Positions 41,501-51,825 of a DNA stretch of 64,000 nucleotides are shown one piece after another. The notes beneath the pieces are model-generated. The model was given only the letters and a program-made list of their open reading frames with translations, was not told the DNA's origin and ran no database searches. The stretch lies in NCBI GenBank assembly GCA_040220235.1, contig JAVJTO010000070.1; one strand, 5' to 3'. How positions within the stretch are numbered: the stretch's first letter is position 1; each line of letters begins with the position of its first letter. A program made the position numbers and the translations under genes. Source of the stretch: Coleofasciculus sp. B1-GNL1-01 (GTDB taxonomy: Bacteria > Cyanobacteriota > Cyanobacteriia > Cyanobacteriales > Coleofasciculaceae).

Positions 41501-42002
41501 CCGTTTCCTGTTCAATGACAGGGTTGACGTAGACATGACGCAGATGGCGATCAAACCGAGCGACAATATCCGGAGAATGATCCAGTAGAACTCGAAATTC
41601 CTGTTCTCGTTGATTGAGCGTGTCCTTAACCTGTTTGTCTTCGGTAATATCTTCAGTAATCGTGGCGAGGAGAGTTTGAGGAGCATTTGGCTGGCTTTCT
41701 TCCCAGGGATTCGGGATGAGAAAAGAGCGCGATCGCACCCATCGGATTGAGCGATCGGATTTGATAATGCGATACTCTTGTGGAGATTCACTGGTGGGGT
41801 GTTGCATCCAAGCCGCCGCTACTCGCTCTCGATCCCGGCGATCGATCGCATCCAGGATACACGGCATATACCCTCCCGGATGACTGGATAATTGGTCAGG
41901 GGTGTGACCCCACATCTGCTCAGTCGCCGCATTAGCGTATAATAATTGATGCCGATTTACCGAGGTCAACCAAAAGACATCCGCAAAAGGTTCTGTCATC
42001 AC
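38598..42002 (-). CDS. Multi-PAS histidine kinase (HisKA_2 type)
   Basis: Several PAS/PAC repeats, EIHHRVKNNLQVISSLL, ELVSNALKYAF. Confidence 0.95.
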   Translation of the reverse strand: MMTEPFADVFWLTSVNRHQLLYANAATEQMWGHTPDQLSSHPGGYMPCILDAIDRRDRERVAAAWMQHPTSESPQEYRIIKSDRSIRWVRSRSFLIPNPWEESQPNAPQTLLATITEDITEDKQVKDTLNQREQEFRVLLDHSPDIVARFDRHLRHVYVNPVIEQETGIPYQEFLGKTHRELGLPKTLIPIWEDSLQTVFQTGEENESEFTFLTPHGQRYYQSRLVPEFAPDGSVEFVLSVCRDITDIHQAQQAVRESEARFRTVFELAPIGMAIANTQGRVLHTNQALQDILGYKANQLLNQPFHLFIHPDEITQCYQDLHKLITGEITHINAEKRYIHHQGHLVWVHVSASAVRGANGLSEYTIALIQDISDRKQAECLLQQAHLHLEQRVSERTAELEQTNTRLQQEITHRQTIEIQLQQAKEQLQAVLDAVPGCVSWMSRQGRYLGVNQYLADMFNLSPDDFVGQPLGFLNSNPTFVNYIEQFIASSAQTDQNILEININGSCHYHLIATQKYQQGTHIVCVGIDVTQSQKAQQALQNQKDFLQTIIDTNPNIIYVKDQNGQYILANRMFAEHRGIPVEEVLGKTTAQLHDDAADVERFMAEDQEILTTLQPKFIPEEFSWDQNGKIRWYQTIKTPLVAPDGQVTQVLGVSTDITARKLAEDLLQQSEARLRLALDAAQMAKWDWNLQTGMITWSYRLEQLYGLAFDRPEIPYKTFLEKVHPEDKELVKQSMEWAIQTGEDYDLEYRIIWPDQIVRWIQSKGQIIYDKTDQPIWTIGLNLDVTERKLAEEQLRQREEQLRLALDAARMGFWDRNLETEQITCSYHLQHLYGLDAKTTQISYKMFLEMIHPEDRDRVHQADRRAIDEQEDCYDIEFRIIRTDGNLRWVESKSQVFYDETSQPVRMMGINLDITERKQAEIQIQASLREKEVLLQEIHHRVKNNLQVISSLLDLQSQYITDQTTVELFQESQNRVKSMALVHEKLYQSQDFARINFAEYIENLTSYLFQIYIFEYNQVNLEFHIHEVDLTIDAAIPCGLIISELVSNALKYAFPNGQEGTIEVILTAESEDRCHLTVKDNGVGFPPDLEFANPKSLGLQLINVLTEQLEGDLSFNLDKGTEVNISFPIESCN

Positions 42003-42204
42003 TGTATCCTTGATCTGGATCTGGCTAAAAAAGATCTGCCTAGAAAAATTTTAAAGACAACCCGGTTGGTTGTCTTCGGCAGCCCTAATAAAAAAATACG
42101 ATTTTACGGAATCCGGTTCGGGACTGTCAACCAAACTTAACCCCGCCTTACCTCGGGAAGGCGGGGATTGCCGCGAATTATGTTGATTTTGTCGAGGAGC
42201 TGAA

Positions 42205-42538
42205 GGGGTGACAAGCCGTCTAAAACCTTTAAAAATCTGGCTTTGAGTGACATTAGTATCTCCAAAGATGAAGCCTTATTGACACCCTTATTGACAGATG
42301 AAGACCACAGCCATGAGATATGGGATTAGCGAAGCGTTGCACAGGGGGTATGGGGGAGGCGCTCGTCCCCCCACCCCCCTCAATCCCCCCGACGCGGGGG
42401 GAAGATAAGGAGGAACTTTTCTTTTAGGGTCTGGGGGGCTGGTTCCCCAGAAACAACCGCTATCTTTGACCCTATCTGTGACAAGAAGAAATGGGCTAAA
42501 AGCAGGATAGCTCAACACTTCAGCTAGCTTGTCACCCC
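42205..42538. mobile_element. 334-bp MITE-like element
   Basis: Perfect 12-bp inverted repeats ggggtgacaagc / gcttgtcacccc; flanks ctgaa and gtgaa (4/5 match); internal G/C hairpins. Confidence 0.6.
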
Positions 42539-42555
42539 GTGAAGTTGAGGTGGTT

Positions 42556-43623
<1,068 letters not shown>

Positions 43624-44416
43624 CTATTGGGTACAGCGTCAAAGGGAAGCCTACTACTATTAGCCAGTGTCAGCCTTCTGACGTAGCATTCGTCTGACCA
43701 TCTGACATGAACTGTACCCGCGTCTGCTTTAGGTTTTCTTTAGACTGCTCCCTAATTAACGGTTAGCTATCCCTTACTGTTTATAGACGGATTGTCAGTT
43801 CTTTTCAAGCTTGCAGGTTTCGGCAAGATTCGTCAATTGGTTTTTGCAGAATCATTGTCCAGGACTTTGAACCTAAATTTGCTACAACTGATACTGAAAA
43901 ATTAGTCAAGCTGATCAGGTATAGACAGATGTTGCCTGTGTCTATCTCTACGATTGAAAAACTTGATTGATCAGCTTGCCCTGAGCCGTTGAGTAGCTCC
44001 ATTATCCTTCTGGAAGAGAGTTGTCTACCGATTTACTCTCTGGGGAACGGGAATCTGGATGGTGGATAAAACTCTATACTATAACAAATAATCCTGATGG
44101 ATAACGTTAAGAGAAGGTAATCTTTCGCTTCTGTGCAAGTCGTACTCATTCTTAACTGGATCGGGTTTGATCAGATTCCTGACTTCTTCAAGATGTCGAA
44201 TATCTAACTCAAAGCTACCTTACATAGAATGTTACTGATATTTTGACGGGTGGGTAATGCCCACCCTACTGTATATTAAGGAATTTTGTCAGACTACTTA
44301 CTCGAAAAAATGAAATTAATATGAATAAAAAATGAATAGATATGGAAAATAGCTTCTGAATTGAATCTCTGAGAAGACTCGATAAAACAATTAAATTGTG
44401 CTATCTTAAAAAAGAA

Positions 44417-44571
44417 TGAAAGGGAGTAGCTCCTGGTCAAAGATTACCAGGATACCTGAATCAACATACTGGTAATGAGCCTGGTTCAGGTGACAAGGGA
44501 TTGAAGCTTCAGGTCATTTGAATCTACAGAATCTGAGCTGAATAGTTAGTTCCTTGGTAGCGAGACTTTCA
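44417..44571 (+). promoter_or_regulatory. yybP-ykoY Mn2+ riboswitch aptamer
   Basis: tgaaagGGAGTAGc ... tcAACATACt ... gcGAGACtttca with P1 pairing tgaaag/ctttca, upstream of a GDT1 Mn transporter. Confidence 0.85.
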
Positions 44572-44616
44572 CTAAGTTCACAAGTTGATGTGAGCTTGGT
44601 GGGGTCTGCCTTTTCT
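44564..44616 (+). terminator. Riboswitch expression-platform hairpin
   Basis: agactttcactaagttcaca..tgtgagcttggtggggtct followed by a pyrimidine run; it overlaps the 3' strand of P1. Confidence 0.65.
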
Positions 44617-44659
44617 CATCAAGCTCCATCAACGGCAATTGATTAAGGAGCTTGTAAAA

Positions 44660-45277
44660 ATGTTAACTGCATTTACCGCCGGATTATTACTAATTACGAT
44701 TTCTGAGTTAGGGGATAAGACGTTTTTTATTGGCGTTATCTTATCCATGCGTTATTCGCGGCGGCTGGTATTTTTGGGAGTCCTAGCGGCGTTAGCAGCG
44801 ATGACAGTACTATCTGTATTATTGGGACAGGTGGTGTCGTTGCTGCCTGACTATTATATCCATTATGGGGAAATTGCCTTATTTTTAGGATTTGGCTTTA
44901 AACTGTTGTATGATGCCAGTAAAATGCCAGCTCAAGCAGAAAATACAGGCGCAAAGGAAGCGGCGGTGGAAGTCGCCAAACAGAATAAGAAAGATAAGTT
45001 ACAGTCTGCCAATCTCGCGATTCTACTGCAAGCCTTTACCATGACATTTCTGGCGGAGTGGGGCGATCGCACTCAAATTAGCACCATCGCTTTAGCCGCC
45101 GCCCATCAACCTGTTGGCGTTACTGTGGGGGCAATTTTAGGTCATGGGATTTGCACCGCGATCGCAGTAATTGGTGGACGATTAATTGCAGGACGAATTT
45201 CTGAACGGTTGGTAACAGCATTAGGAGGCGTATTATTTCTGATTTTCGGTGTCATAGCGATGTTAGAACAAGTTTAG
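44660..45277 (+). CDS. TMEM165/GDT1 (Mnx-like) Mn2+/Ca2+ transporter
   Basis: Two signature motifs, ELGDKT and EWGDRTQ. Confidence 0.95.
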   Translation: MLTAFTAGLLLITISELGDKTFFIGVILSMRYSRRLVFLGVLAALAAMTVLSVLLGQVVSLLPDYYIHYGEIALFLGFGFKLLYDASKMPAQAENTGAKEAAVEVAKQNKKDKLQSANLAILLQAFTMTFLAEWGDRTQISTIALAAAHQPVGVTVGAILGHGICTAIAVIGGRLIAGRISERLVTALGGVLFLIFGVIAMLEQV

Positions 45278-45499
45278 GTAGGTAGGGACAATAAAAGTTA
45301 ACGGCGGGAATCGTCATTCGTCATTTGTCATTCGTCATTCGTCATACTCGCGCAAGCAAGAAGCAAGCTACATCCTTTGTAAGGGTTTGAGGCTTTTGCA
45401 GCAAGCCCTACTTAGGACTCTGAATTGCCAACAAATTGCTGAATGGCATTAAAAAAATGGTTGTGATCCAGGGAGATTCTGATAGGGTGACCCGCCTTT

Positions 45500-46318
45500 T
45501 TAATCTAATAGCAACTGAAATAGTGAGGCTTCGTCTAACACTATTTTACCGATAACAAATTTCTGGATCGCTTCAAAGTATTGCCACATACCCATGCGAA
45601 ACAAGGTGTTATGATCCGCATTTTTAATCCGTATCAACTGCTTATTTGCGGCTGCACAAGAATGATAGAGCTTTTCTCCCTGTTGGATAGGAATTAACGA
45701 ATCTTTCTCACCATGAATAATCAACGTTGGCACAAGAATGTGGCTAATTTTTTCAGTATTTCTAAATCCAAAACGCTCATCCTCATAATCTCTAACCTGC
45801 CAGCCAAGACGTTTGAGCAAAGCAAAGGTATCGGCAAAACCACTATCGATAATCAATCCAGCTAATTGATCTTGAGCGTGATTAGCAACCGCAATGGCGG
45901 GGACACTACCCAAACTGCGCCCCATTACGTAAAGTCGTTGGGGAAACAGTTGATGCGCCGTTAAAATGCTACTAAAAGCGTCGAATACCTTGAGGGAATC
46001 AGCTAGGAGATTAGACGCGGTGGATGTGCCATCACTTTGACCATAGCCTCGATAGTCAATGACTAAAATAGTAATGCCCAAGACAGTGAAAACTTTGGCA
46101 ATACTATCGTATTCAGCCGCAATTTCACCATTGCCATGGAAAAATAGAATCGCAGGGGAATTGCTAGCGGCGGCGTATAATCGTCCTCTGAGAAAGAGTC
46201 TCGGTTCGATTTCAACATCAATGAGATGGATATTAGGCGATCGCGGTTTTCCTGTTGTGTCCGGTTTAGGATGGAACAGGATTTGCAAAATATCGGGTTT
46301 GTCGAGAATGGGATGCAT
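45500..46318 (-). CDS. Alpha/beta hydrolase
   Basis: FFHGNGE, DYRGYG, GRSLG nucleophile elbow, HGEKD, DHN. Confidence 0.92.
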   Translation of the reverse strand: MHPILDKPDILQILFHPKPDTTGKPRSPNIHLIDVEIEPRLFLRGRLYAAASNSPAILFFHGNGEIAAEYDSIAKVFTVLGITILVIDYRGYGQSDGTSTASNLLADSLKVFDAFSSILTAHQLFPQRLYVMGRSLGSVPAIAVANHAQDQLAGLIIDSGFADTFALLKRLGWQVRDYEDERFGFRNTEKISHILVPTLIIHGEKDSLIPIQQGEKLYHSCAAANKQLIRIKNADHNTLFRMGMWQYFEAIQKFVIGKIVLDEASLFQLLLD

Positions 46319-46641
46319 TATATAGCAGTTGGCGACGTTGTAGATATTTTATCTTTCTTCAATAAGGCGGGGAAGAGTCTATTTTACTCGCTCTGACTCA
46401 ATTACAGAGTTTGGGAGGGTTAGGTGCGATCGCGGAGTGGGAATTCCAGGGATTGACCCCTCCCCCAGCCCCTCCCCGACACGGGGAGGGGAGTACATTT
46501 TCTTGCACAGACATCATCGTAGGGACGCATCGCTATGCGCCCTTAAAACTTTCATAACGCTTCTTTTGTACCTTTTCTAAGAGACGATTAATTTGACTAT
46601 CTCGTATTTCGCTTTTAAACTTTATGCCAACTCCCTTAAAA

Positions 46642-47094
46642 TTAAATGATAAACCGCCAGTCACGGGCGTCAACGAACTGAGACAAATGCCCTACATTAG
46701 TTGTAGCAATTATAACTTCATTTCCTTCGTCTACCATCAATGTAGCCTGAGCTGCCAGAATTACATCCCCATCAAGTGCTTTAGGATCGGCTGTTGGTTG
46801 TCCTCTCTTGCGTGCTTCCGCCCATAACTGAGCCGCCAGAAGCATCGCAGGTGTCTCAATGGGGACGTACATCAGAGCATTCTTCAATTGATCAAGTTGT
46901 CGGATACCTGCTACCTTACCCACCCGAAGCAATTCACGTCTCACTTCATAGTCAGCAATTTCAGGTATAACGACTATCTCCCCTTTTGCTAGTAAAGAAT
47001 TTAGCCACTGCTTGCACTCCAACGTCAGGGGTGTAGCTTTAGGATTTGTTACCATTCCCAATGGACTTGAGTCCAAAACTATGAATCGACTCAT
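46642..47094 (-). CDS. PIN-domain toxin, copy 1
   Basis: IVLDSSPLG, PEIADYEVRREL, ALDGDVILAAQA, ATTNVGHL. Confidence 0.9.
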   Translation of the reverse strand: MSRFIVLDSSPLGMVTNPKATPLTLECKQWLNSLLAKGEIVVIPEIADYEVRRELLRVGKVAGIRQLDQLKNALMYVPIETPAMLLAAQLWAEARKRGQPTADPKALDGDVILAAQATLMVDEGNEVIIATTNVGHLSQFVDARDWRFII

Positions 47095-47105
47095 GGCAAG
47101 ACAAT

Positions 47106-47450
47106 TTAAATAGAAACGCCGCTTTCATTGAGAGCTTGATTAAGAATTTCCCAAGTTTCTTTTTGCTCCTGTTCATCGCCCTCTTCTACCCATGAATTTA
47201 GCAGTGCGATCGCGGCTTGATTTCTTTTGACTCGTTCTTCTTGCGGTAATTGACTAAAAGCTATTAACTTAGCATAAACTGATGATTCTTGCTCCACAAC
47301 CACAATTTCCCGAAACAGGCGAATCATCTGAAGTAATTTGGGTAAGTATGCTTGAGGAATTTTGGCGACGAGAGTGCTTATCTGTTCTAAAGCCTCTGTT
47401 GAGTCAATTTCAGTGGCTAGAATCGTATTATTTAAATCAGGCTCAGACAT
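47106..47450 (-). CDS. Putative antitoxin, copy 1
   Basis: Directly upstream of the PIN gene; acidic WVEEGDEQEQKETWEIL tail; paralog of 51377-51760. Confidence 0.8.
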   Translation of the reverse strand: MSEPDLNNTILATEIDSTEALEQISTLVAKIPQAYLPKLLQMIRLFREIVVVEQESSVYAKLIAFSQLPQEERVKRNQAAIALLNSWVEEGDEQEQKETWEILNQALNESGVSI

Positions 47451-47500
47451 ACTGTTCTCCTTTATCTGTTCTCTTCCCTACCTTAACAATAAGTAAGGTG
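47451..47500 (-). promoter_or_regulatory. Conserved TA promoter/leader (copies at 51761-51810 and 53586-53616)
   Basis: 46/50 identical to copy 2; cctta..taagg palindrome and AAGGAG RBS. Confidence 0.75.
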
Positions 47501-47576
47501 AGCCAGAGTTCATTACACACACCCTGTCTCAATCCCAGAGGCGGGAAGGGTAAGATGCGATCACACTTCCTAAACA

Positions 47577-47798
47577 TCAAGGCTGTGTTTCTTCTAGCAT
47601 CGACTCTTTCACCGCCTGCACTAACTCTTCTTCCGTGCATTGATACAAGTCACGCAAGCGAAATACTTGCCAAACTTCCATCATTGGTGTTGTTCTCCCC
47701 TTTTCCCAGTTGCGGATTGAAGATTCGGAGCATTTTAGTTCACGAGCGACATTACGGATAATCAGCCCTGCGCGTTTTCTCAAGGCTCTCAGGTTCAT
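47577..47798 (-). CDS. XRE-family HTH regulator
   Basis: LRALRKRAGL..VARELKCSESSIRNWEKGRTTP. Confidence 0.9.
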   Translation of the reverse strand: MNLRALRKRAGLIIRNVARELKCSESSIRNWEKGRTTPMMEVWQVFRLRDLYQCTEEELVQAVKESMLEETQP

Positions 47799-47965
47799 AA
47801 GTGACTGAATGTTCCCACTAAAGTAGCGTTAAAACTTAGCGTCAAGTATTGACAATTGACAAATATTGTGTATGGCTCTTTAATCATAAAAGAAAAAGCG
47901 TTAGTACATCCCCACCAAGAGACTGACTAACGCCCTTTCCTTTGTTCCTTACGGACTATCTAATC

Positions 47966-48211
47966 ATGCCATACAATTCCAATCAAATCACTTACCGACA
48001 ACGACTAACTCCCTGGGTGATCGCTCAACTCCTACCGAATATGCAACGAACTATTGTGGGTCGGTTCCGCAGTCGGTCTGATGCGGATGGTCATTTGCGG
48101 TGTCTGCGTCAGCTTATACCCCATGCGTCCTTTGTCGTGGTATTTGACCCGCAACCGGATGAAGAAACGGTATCTGTGTCTGTTACAACGGCGCAAAAAG
48201 CAGTTATTTGA
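47966..48211 (+). CDS. Conserved small cyanobacterial protein divergent from the HTH gene
   Basis: TYRQRLTPWVIAQLLPNMQRTIVGRFRSRSDADGHL..FVVVFD. Confidence 0.8.
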   Translation: MPYNSNQITYRQRLTPWVIAQLLPNMQRTIVGRFRSRSDADGHLRCLRQLIPHASFVVVFDPQPDEETVSVSVTTAQKAVI

Positions 48212-48223
48212 GGATGAGGGGAG

Positions 48224-48285
48224 GCGATCGCATGTTCTGGATATGAGAGTGCGATCGCCTTTGGAGAGAGTAGAGGTGCGATCGC
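48224..48285. repeat. Three HIP1 octamers at exact 27-bp spacing
   Basis: GCGATCGC at 48224, 48251 and 48278. Confidence 0.9.
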
Positions 48286-48294
48286 TAAATATAT

Positions 48295-50889
48295 TTAATT
48301 TTGTATTGGAAGATCACGTAATTTCTGCTTACGTAACTTTTCCACTAAAGAGGCTGGATCAATACCACCATCTTGGTACTCTTGGATAGCGCGTTTTCGC
48401 CATTCCAAATTAGCTTCACCTGGGAAACTACGCCTCAATCCTCGCACAACAGAAATTGAGCTATTTGCCCAATTTCTAAATTCTTCTATATTCCAATAAC
48501 ACACATCTTGAACATGAGGTAATGCACCATCTTTTATTTTTTTGCAAGGGGTGATCATTACCGGAATAATTTCCGCATTTTGGAGATGAGCAAATTTAGC
48601 TTTAATCGAGTTCGGATGTGAAGCTGCTTCTCTAACTTTGTTTGCTCCAAGTATAGTTTTTTTACTCCCACCTGAGTGATCCTCAAATACTATGCACAGG
48701 TCATCACCAGCAATCCACCAAGGATCTGGATCGGCATCCGATTTAGAATTACCTGCCTCGTATCCTAGTAGTCTACCTAATCTTTCGTGTGCATCCTCAA
48801 ACTTTTTGGAGTCTTCTTCACTATCCTTGTGTAAATTCTCAATAATTACCTTTACCTCTGATTCAAACTTTCTGTTATTTGTTGTGCCGAGTTTCTCAAG
48901 TTGCGTCTCTAGACCTTCAATTACTCTAATGAGTCTATTATCCACTTGGGAGTTGCTGTCATTTTCAAGAGATAGCCGAGAAAGCCGTGAGAACCATACA
49001 ACTTCGGGAGCAGTGGAAGCAGCCCTCTTAAAGTTGTCTCTTGCTGTACTCTCCAGAGAAGTAATTCCATTTTTTGCTCCCATCCACGCTGCACTACCAG
49101 CAAGATAATTCCAGAAGGCTCTATAGCCGCGAACATCATCTCCGCTAAGAGAGGTTAAAACATCTCGACACTCATCAACTGCTGCTTCAAAGTTGCGGTT
49201 CCATAGAGCATACTGGTATCTCACTTCATGAGGAACTGCGTCTATTAATTTGTCCATAGCAGGAAGCTTTTCTTGCTGCAATGAGTCTCTAAGCGAGACA
49301 ATCGTCTCGTCCGCACCATTCCACTCTTTCTTATGTTCAAGAAATATGCGAAGGTTGTCGAGAAAAGCAGATTCTTCAACCCCCTTAGATTCTTCAATTC
49401 CAAATTCAATCTCAGCTTGAAACTCAGGATGTAAGAACTTCCTTCTATCCCGATCGAGGAGAATTTTGTTTAAATCGTTCCCAAGGATAATTACTGCTGC
49501 ATAATCCGTAGCGGATCTTGTACACCGTCCTACTGCCTGGACAATTCTAGTGAGAATTCGGTCATTAAGCAGGACACCAGCAGCCAAACGAGTTACAAGG
49601 AACTTTTCTTGAAGATTTGTTGCTCGTTGAAGATCCTTGACAATGAGAATGCGGCATTCATCTCCTGCCAAGTCGATGCCGTCATATCGATTTGCAACAA
49701 TGGCAACTGCCTTCTCCTTAGATATAAAAGTCTTTTTCGATTCCTCAATTTGAGCTGCATTAAAAATTTCGTAACCTGTCCTCTCCGAAATCTCTTTACT
49801 TAGGTCATTCTCTATGGTATTATATGGCACCAGAACAAGAGATCGCCCTGTTGTTTTAATCATCTCGATTGTCAGATTTAGCGCCGATTCCTCATCAAGC
49901 GCTCTCTCTGGGAAAAAGAATAATCGACGACCAATACCCTGTTTATCCCAGCCTTCTGGAACAGGCAAACGGACTATCTTATCTACACCCGAAAGGCGCT
50001 CTAACTCCCCTCCTTCGCCTAATGTTGCAGACATATAGAGGCGTTGTTTTGCCTGTGAAAATGGTTTATGTGTTCTTGTGGGCGGTATTACAGGTCTGAT
50101 TAATATACAATTGAAGCTGATATATATATGGCAAGCCAGAAGATGATCTCGAAGGACAGACCAAGGATACTTGAGGTTAAAGTTGCCAGTTTGTGCATCA
50201 AGTAACGCTATCAACTCTGGTAGTAGGTCATATAAGTCTGGTGTAGGAATTTTTTCGATCCACTGGCTGTCTAAATCAGGAGACGTGGAACTTAATCTAG
50301 AATAATCCGAAGGTGATATGATTGAGCGAATGACTGAAACTACGCTATTAAAGAGAAGTTCGTGTGCTTTACGCTCAATCATAAGAGACCAGTATTTAGC
50401 TATATAGTTTTCAGCCGCATGAGCATCATCAAGAATGATTACACTTGCATCATCAAAAAAGGAATTAGTATTGAATAGACCGCTATAAGTGGTAACAGCT
50501 AGAGTCTCTGCATTACGGTATTCAGCTTTAATATTAGGAGCATACTCTGCTTGCTTTCCGATAAAGGCATTTGCTTTTATACCGTATTCATCTACCGCTT
50601 TTTCAACGACTTGATTAACCAGTTGGCGCGTTGGACAGAGGTATACAACTTTTTCCTGAAAACGCTGACGACGCCATTCTCCAATCAAAAGCCCAACTAG
50701 GGTTTTACCACTGCCAGTTGAAAGCTGTAGGGCTACATCTGGTTCATCTACAGCCTGCTTATGATATTCCCGAATAATATCGGCTTGGTGGGCAAGTAGA
50801 CCTTGAATTTTGCGATTTCTGTAGTCTCGGTAAAGCGCTTCAGGGGTTTCAGTCGAAATTTGAGAGTGACGTGTCAGTTTAAATGGCAT
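48295..50889 (-). CDS. SF2 (DinG/XPD-like) helicase with C-terminal PD-(D/E)xK-like domain; Hna-like anti-phage protein
   Basis: STGSGKT, DDAH, MSATLG, NRYDGIDL, QAVGRCTR..DY, C-terminal DPDPWW..IVFEDHS. Confidence 0.8.
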   Translation of the reverse strand: MPFKLTRHSQISTETPEALYRDYRNRKIQGLLAHQADIIREYHKQAVDEPDVALQLSTGSGKTLVGLLIGEWRRQRFQEKVVYLCPTRQLVNQVVEKAVDEYGIKANAFIGKQAEYAPNIKAEYRNAETLAVTTYSGLFNTNSFFDDASVIILDDAHAAENYIAKYWSLMIERKAHELLFNSVVSVIRSIISPSDYSRLSSTSPDLDSQWIEKIPTPDLYDLLPELIALLDAQTGNFNLKYPWSVLRDHLLACHIYISFNCILIRPVIPPTRTHKPFSQAKQRLYMSATLGEGGELERLSGVDKIVRLPVPEGWDKQGIGRRLFFFPERALDEESALNLTIEMIKTTGRSLVLVPYNTIENDLSKEISERTGYEIFNAAQIEESKKTFISKEKAVAIVANRYDGIDLAGDECRILIVKDLQRATNLQEKFLVTRLAAGVLLNDRILTRIVQAVGRCTRSATDYAAVIILGNDLNKILLDRDRRKFLHPEFQAEIEFGIEESKGVEESAFLDNLRIFLEHKKEWNGADETIVSLRDSLQQEKLPAMDKLIDAVPHEVRYQYALWNRNFEAAVDECRDVLTSLSGDDVRGYRAFWNYLAGSAAWMGAKNGITSLESTARDNFKRAASTAPEVVWFSRLSRLSLENDSNSQVDNRLIRVIEGLETQLEKLGTTNNRKFESEVKVIIENLHKDSEEDSKKFEDAHERLGRLLGYEAGNSKSDADPDPWWIAGDDLCIVFEDHSGGSKKTILGANKVREAASHPNSIKAKFAHLQNAEIIPVMITPCKKIKDGALPHVQDVCYWNIEEFRNWANSSISVVRGLRRSFPGEANLEWRKRAIQEYQDGGIDPASLVEKLRKQKLRDLPIQN

Positions 50890-50912
50890 ATTTCACTACC
50901 TTTACAAAAACA

Positions 50913-51368
50913 TTACTGAATTAGTCGCCATTCACGGGCATCAACGAACTGAGACAGATGCCTCACATTAGTCGTAGCAACTATCACTTCATTTCCCTCC
51001 TCTTCCACCAATATAGCCTGAGCCGCCAAAATCACATCCCCATCTAGTGCTTTGGAATCTGCCGTTGGTTTTCCTCTCCTTCGTGCTTCTGCCCAAAGTT
51101 CAGCCGCTTTGAGCATTACCTCCGTAGTAATGGGACGGTAGGTAATTGCAGCTTTGAGTTGATCAAGTCGCCTGATACCTGCCACCTTACCTGCGCGAAG
51201 CAATTCACGCCGAACTTCGTAGTCTGCGATTTCTGGCAACACTACTGTGTAGCCCTTTGGTTCCAAAGAATTGAACCAACGTTTACACTCCTGATATATA
51301 GGGGATTTAGCTTTAGGAGTTGTCACCATTCCTAAAGGGCCAGAATCTAACAATACTATTCTGCTCAT
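50913..51368 (-). CDS. PIN-domain toxin, copy 2
   Basis: VLLDSGPLG, PEIADYEVRREL, ALDGDVILAAQA. Confidence 0.9.
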   Translation of the reverse strand: MSRIVLLDSGPLGMVTTPKAKSPIYQECKRWFNSLEPKGYTVVLPEIADYEVRRELLRAGKVAGIRRLDQLKAAITYRPITTEVMLKAAELWAEARRRGKPTADSKALDGDVILAAQAILVEEEGNEVIVATTNVRHLSQFVDAREWRLIQ

Positions 51369-51376
51369 AGAATGGT

Positions 51377-51760
51377 TTAGATAGATACCGGATCTTCTTC
51401 TAGTGCCTTACGGAGAATTTCAGCCGTTTCCGTTTGCTCCTGTTCATCTCCCTCTTCTTCCCATTGCCTAAGCAGTTCACTCAGCGCAATCTGTCGTACT
51501 GATTTCTTTACAGGATCAGGATTTTTTATTTCGTCCATTGCCTGTTCCGAAACCTGCGATCGCACTGGCTTCGTAGTGACGCTTTCACGGAATAGGCGCA
51601 CGATTTGCAGTAAATTCGGCAAATGGTCTTCCGGTGTTTGCTGAATTTCAAGAATTAGCTTGGCTAGGGCGTGATTCTCCTTGACAGGAGTGTTTTCTTT
51701 AGAAGATGCGCTTTCGGTACTCGGTGTATTGGTTATGCTGCTTAAATCTTGCTTAGACAT
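51377..51760 (-). CDS. Putative antitoxin, copy 2
   Basis: LPNLLQIVRLFRESV, WEEEGDEQEQTETAEIL. Confidence 0.8.
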   Translation of the reverse strand: MSKQDLSSITNTPSTESASSKENTPVKENHALAKLILEIQQTPEDHLPNLLQIVRLFRESVTTKPVRSQVSEQAMDEIKNPDPVKKSVRQIALSELLRQWEEEGDEQEQTETAEILRKALEEDPVSI

Positions 51761-51825
51761 AGTGTTCTCCTTTATCTCTTCTCTTCCCTAGCTTAACAAT
51801 AAGTAAGGTATGGAATGGGGGTAAA

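Noticed and set aside
42139..42170. IS200/IS605 end
   Set aside because: A hairpin only, with no tnpA/tnpB nearby; equally explained as a terminator.
48224..48285. Mini-CRISPR reading of the HIP1 triplet
   Set aside because: The 8-bp repeat and 19-bp spacers are far too short, and the repeat is simply HIP1.
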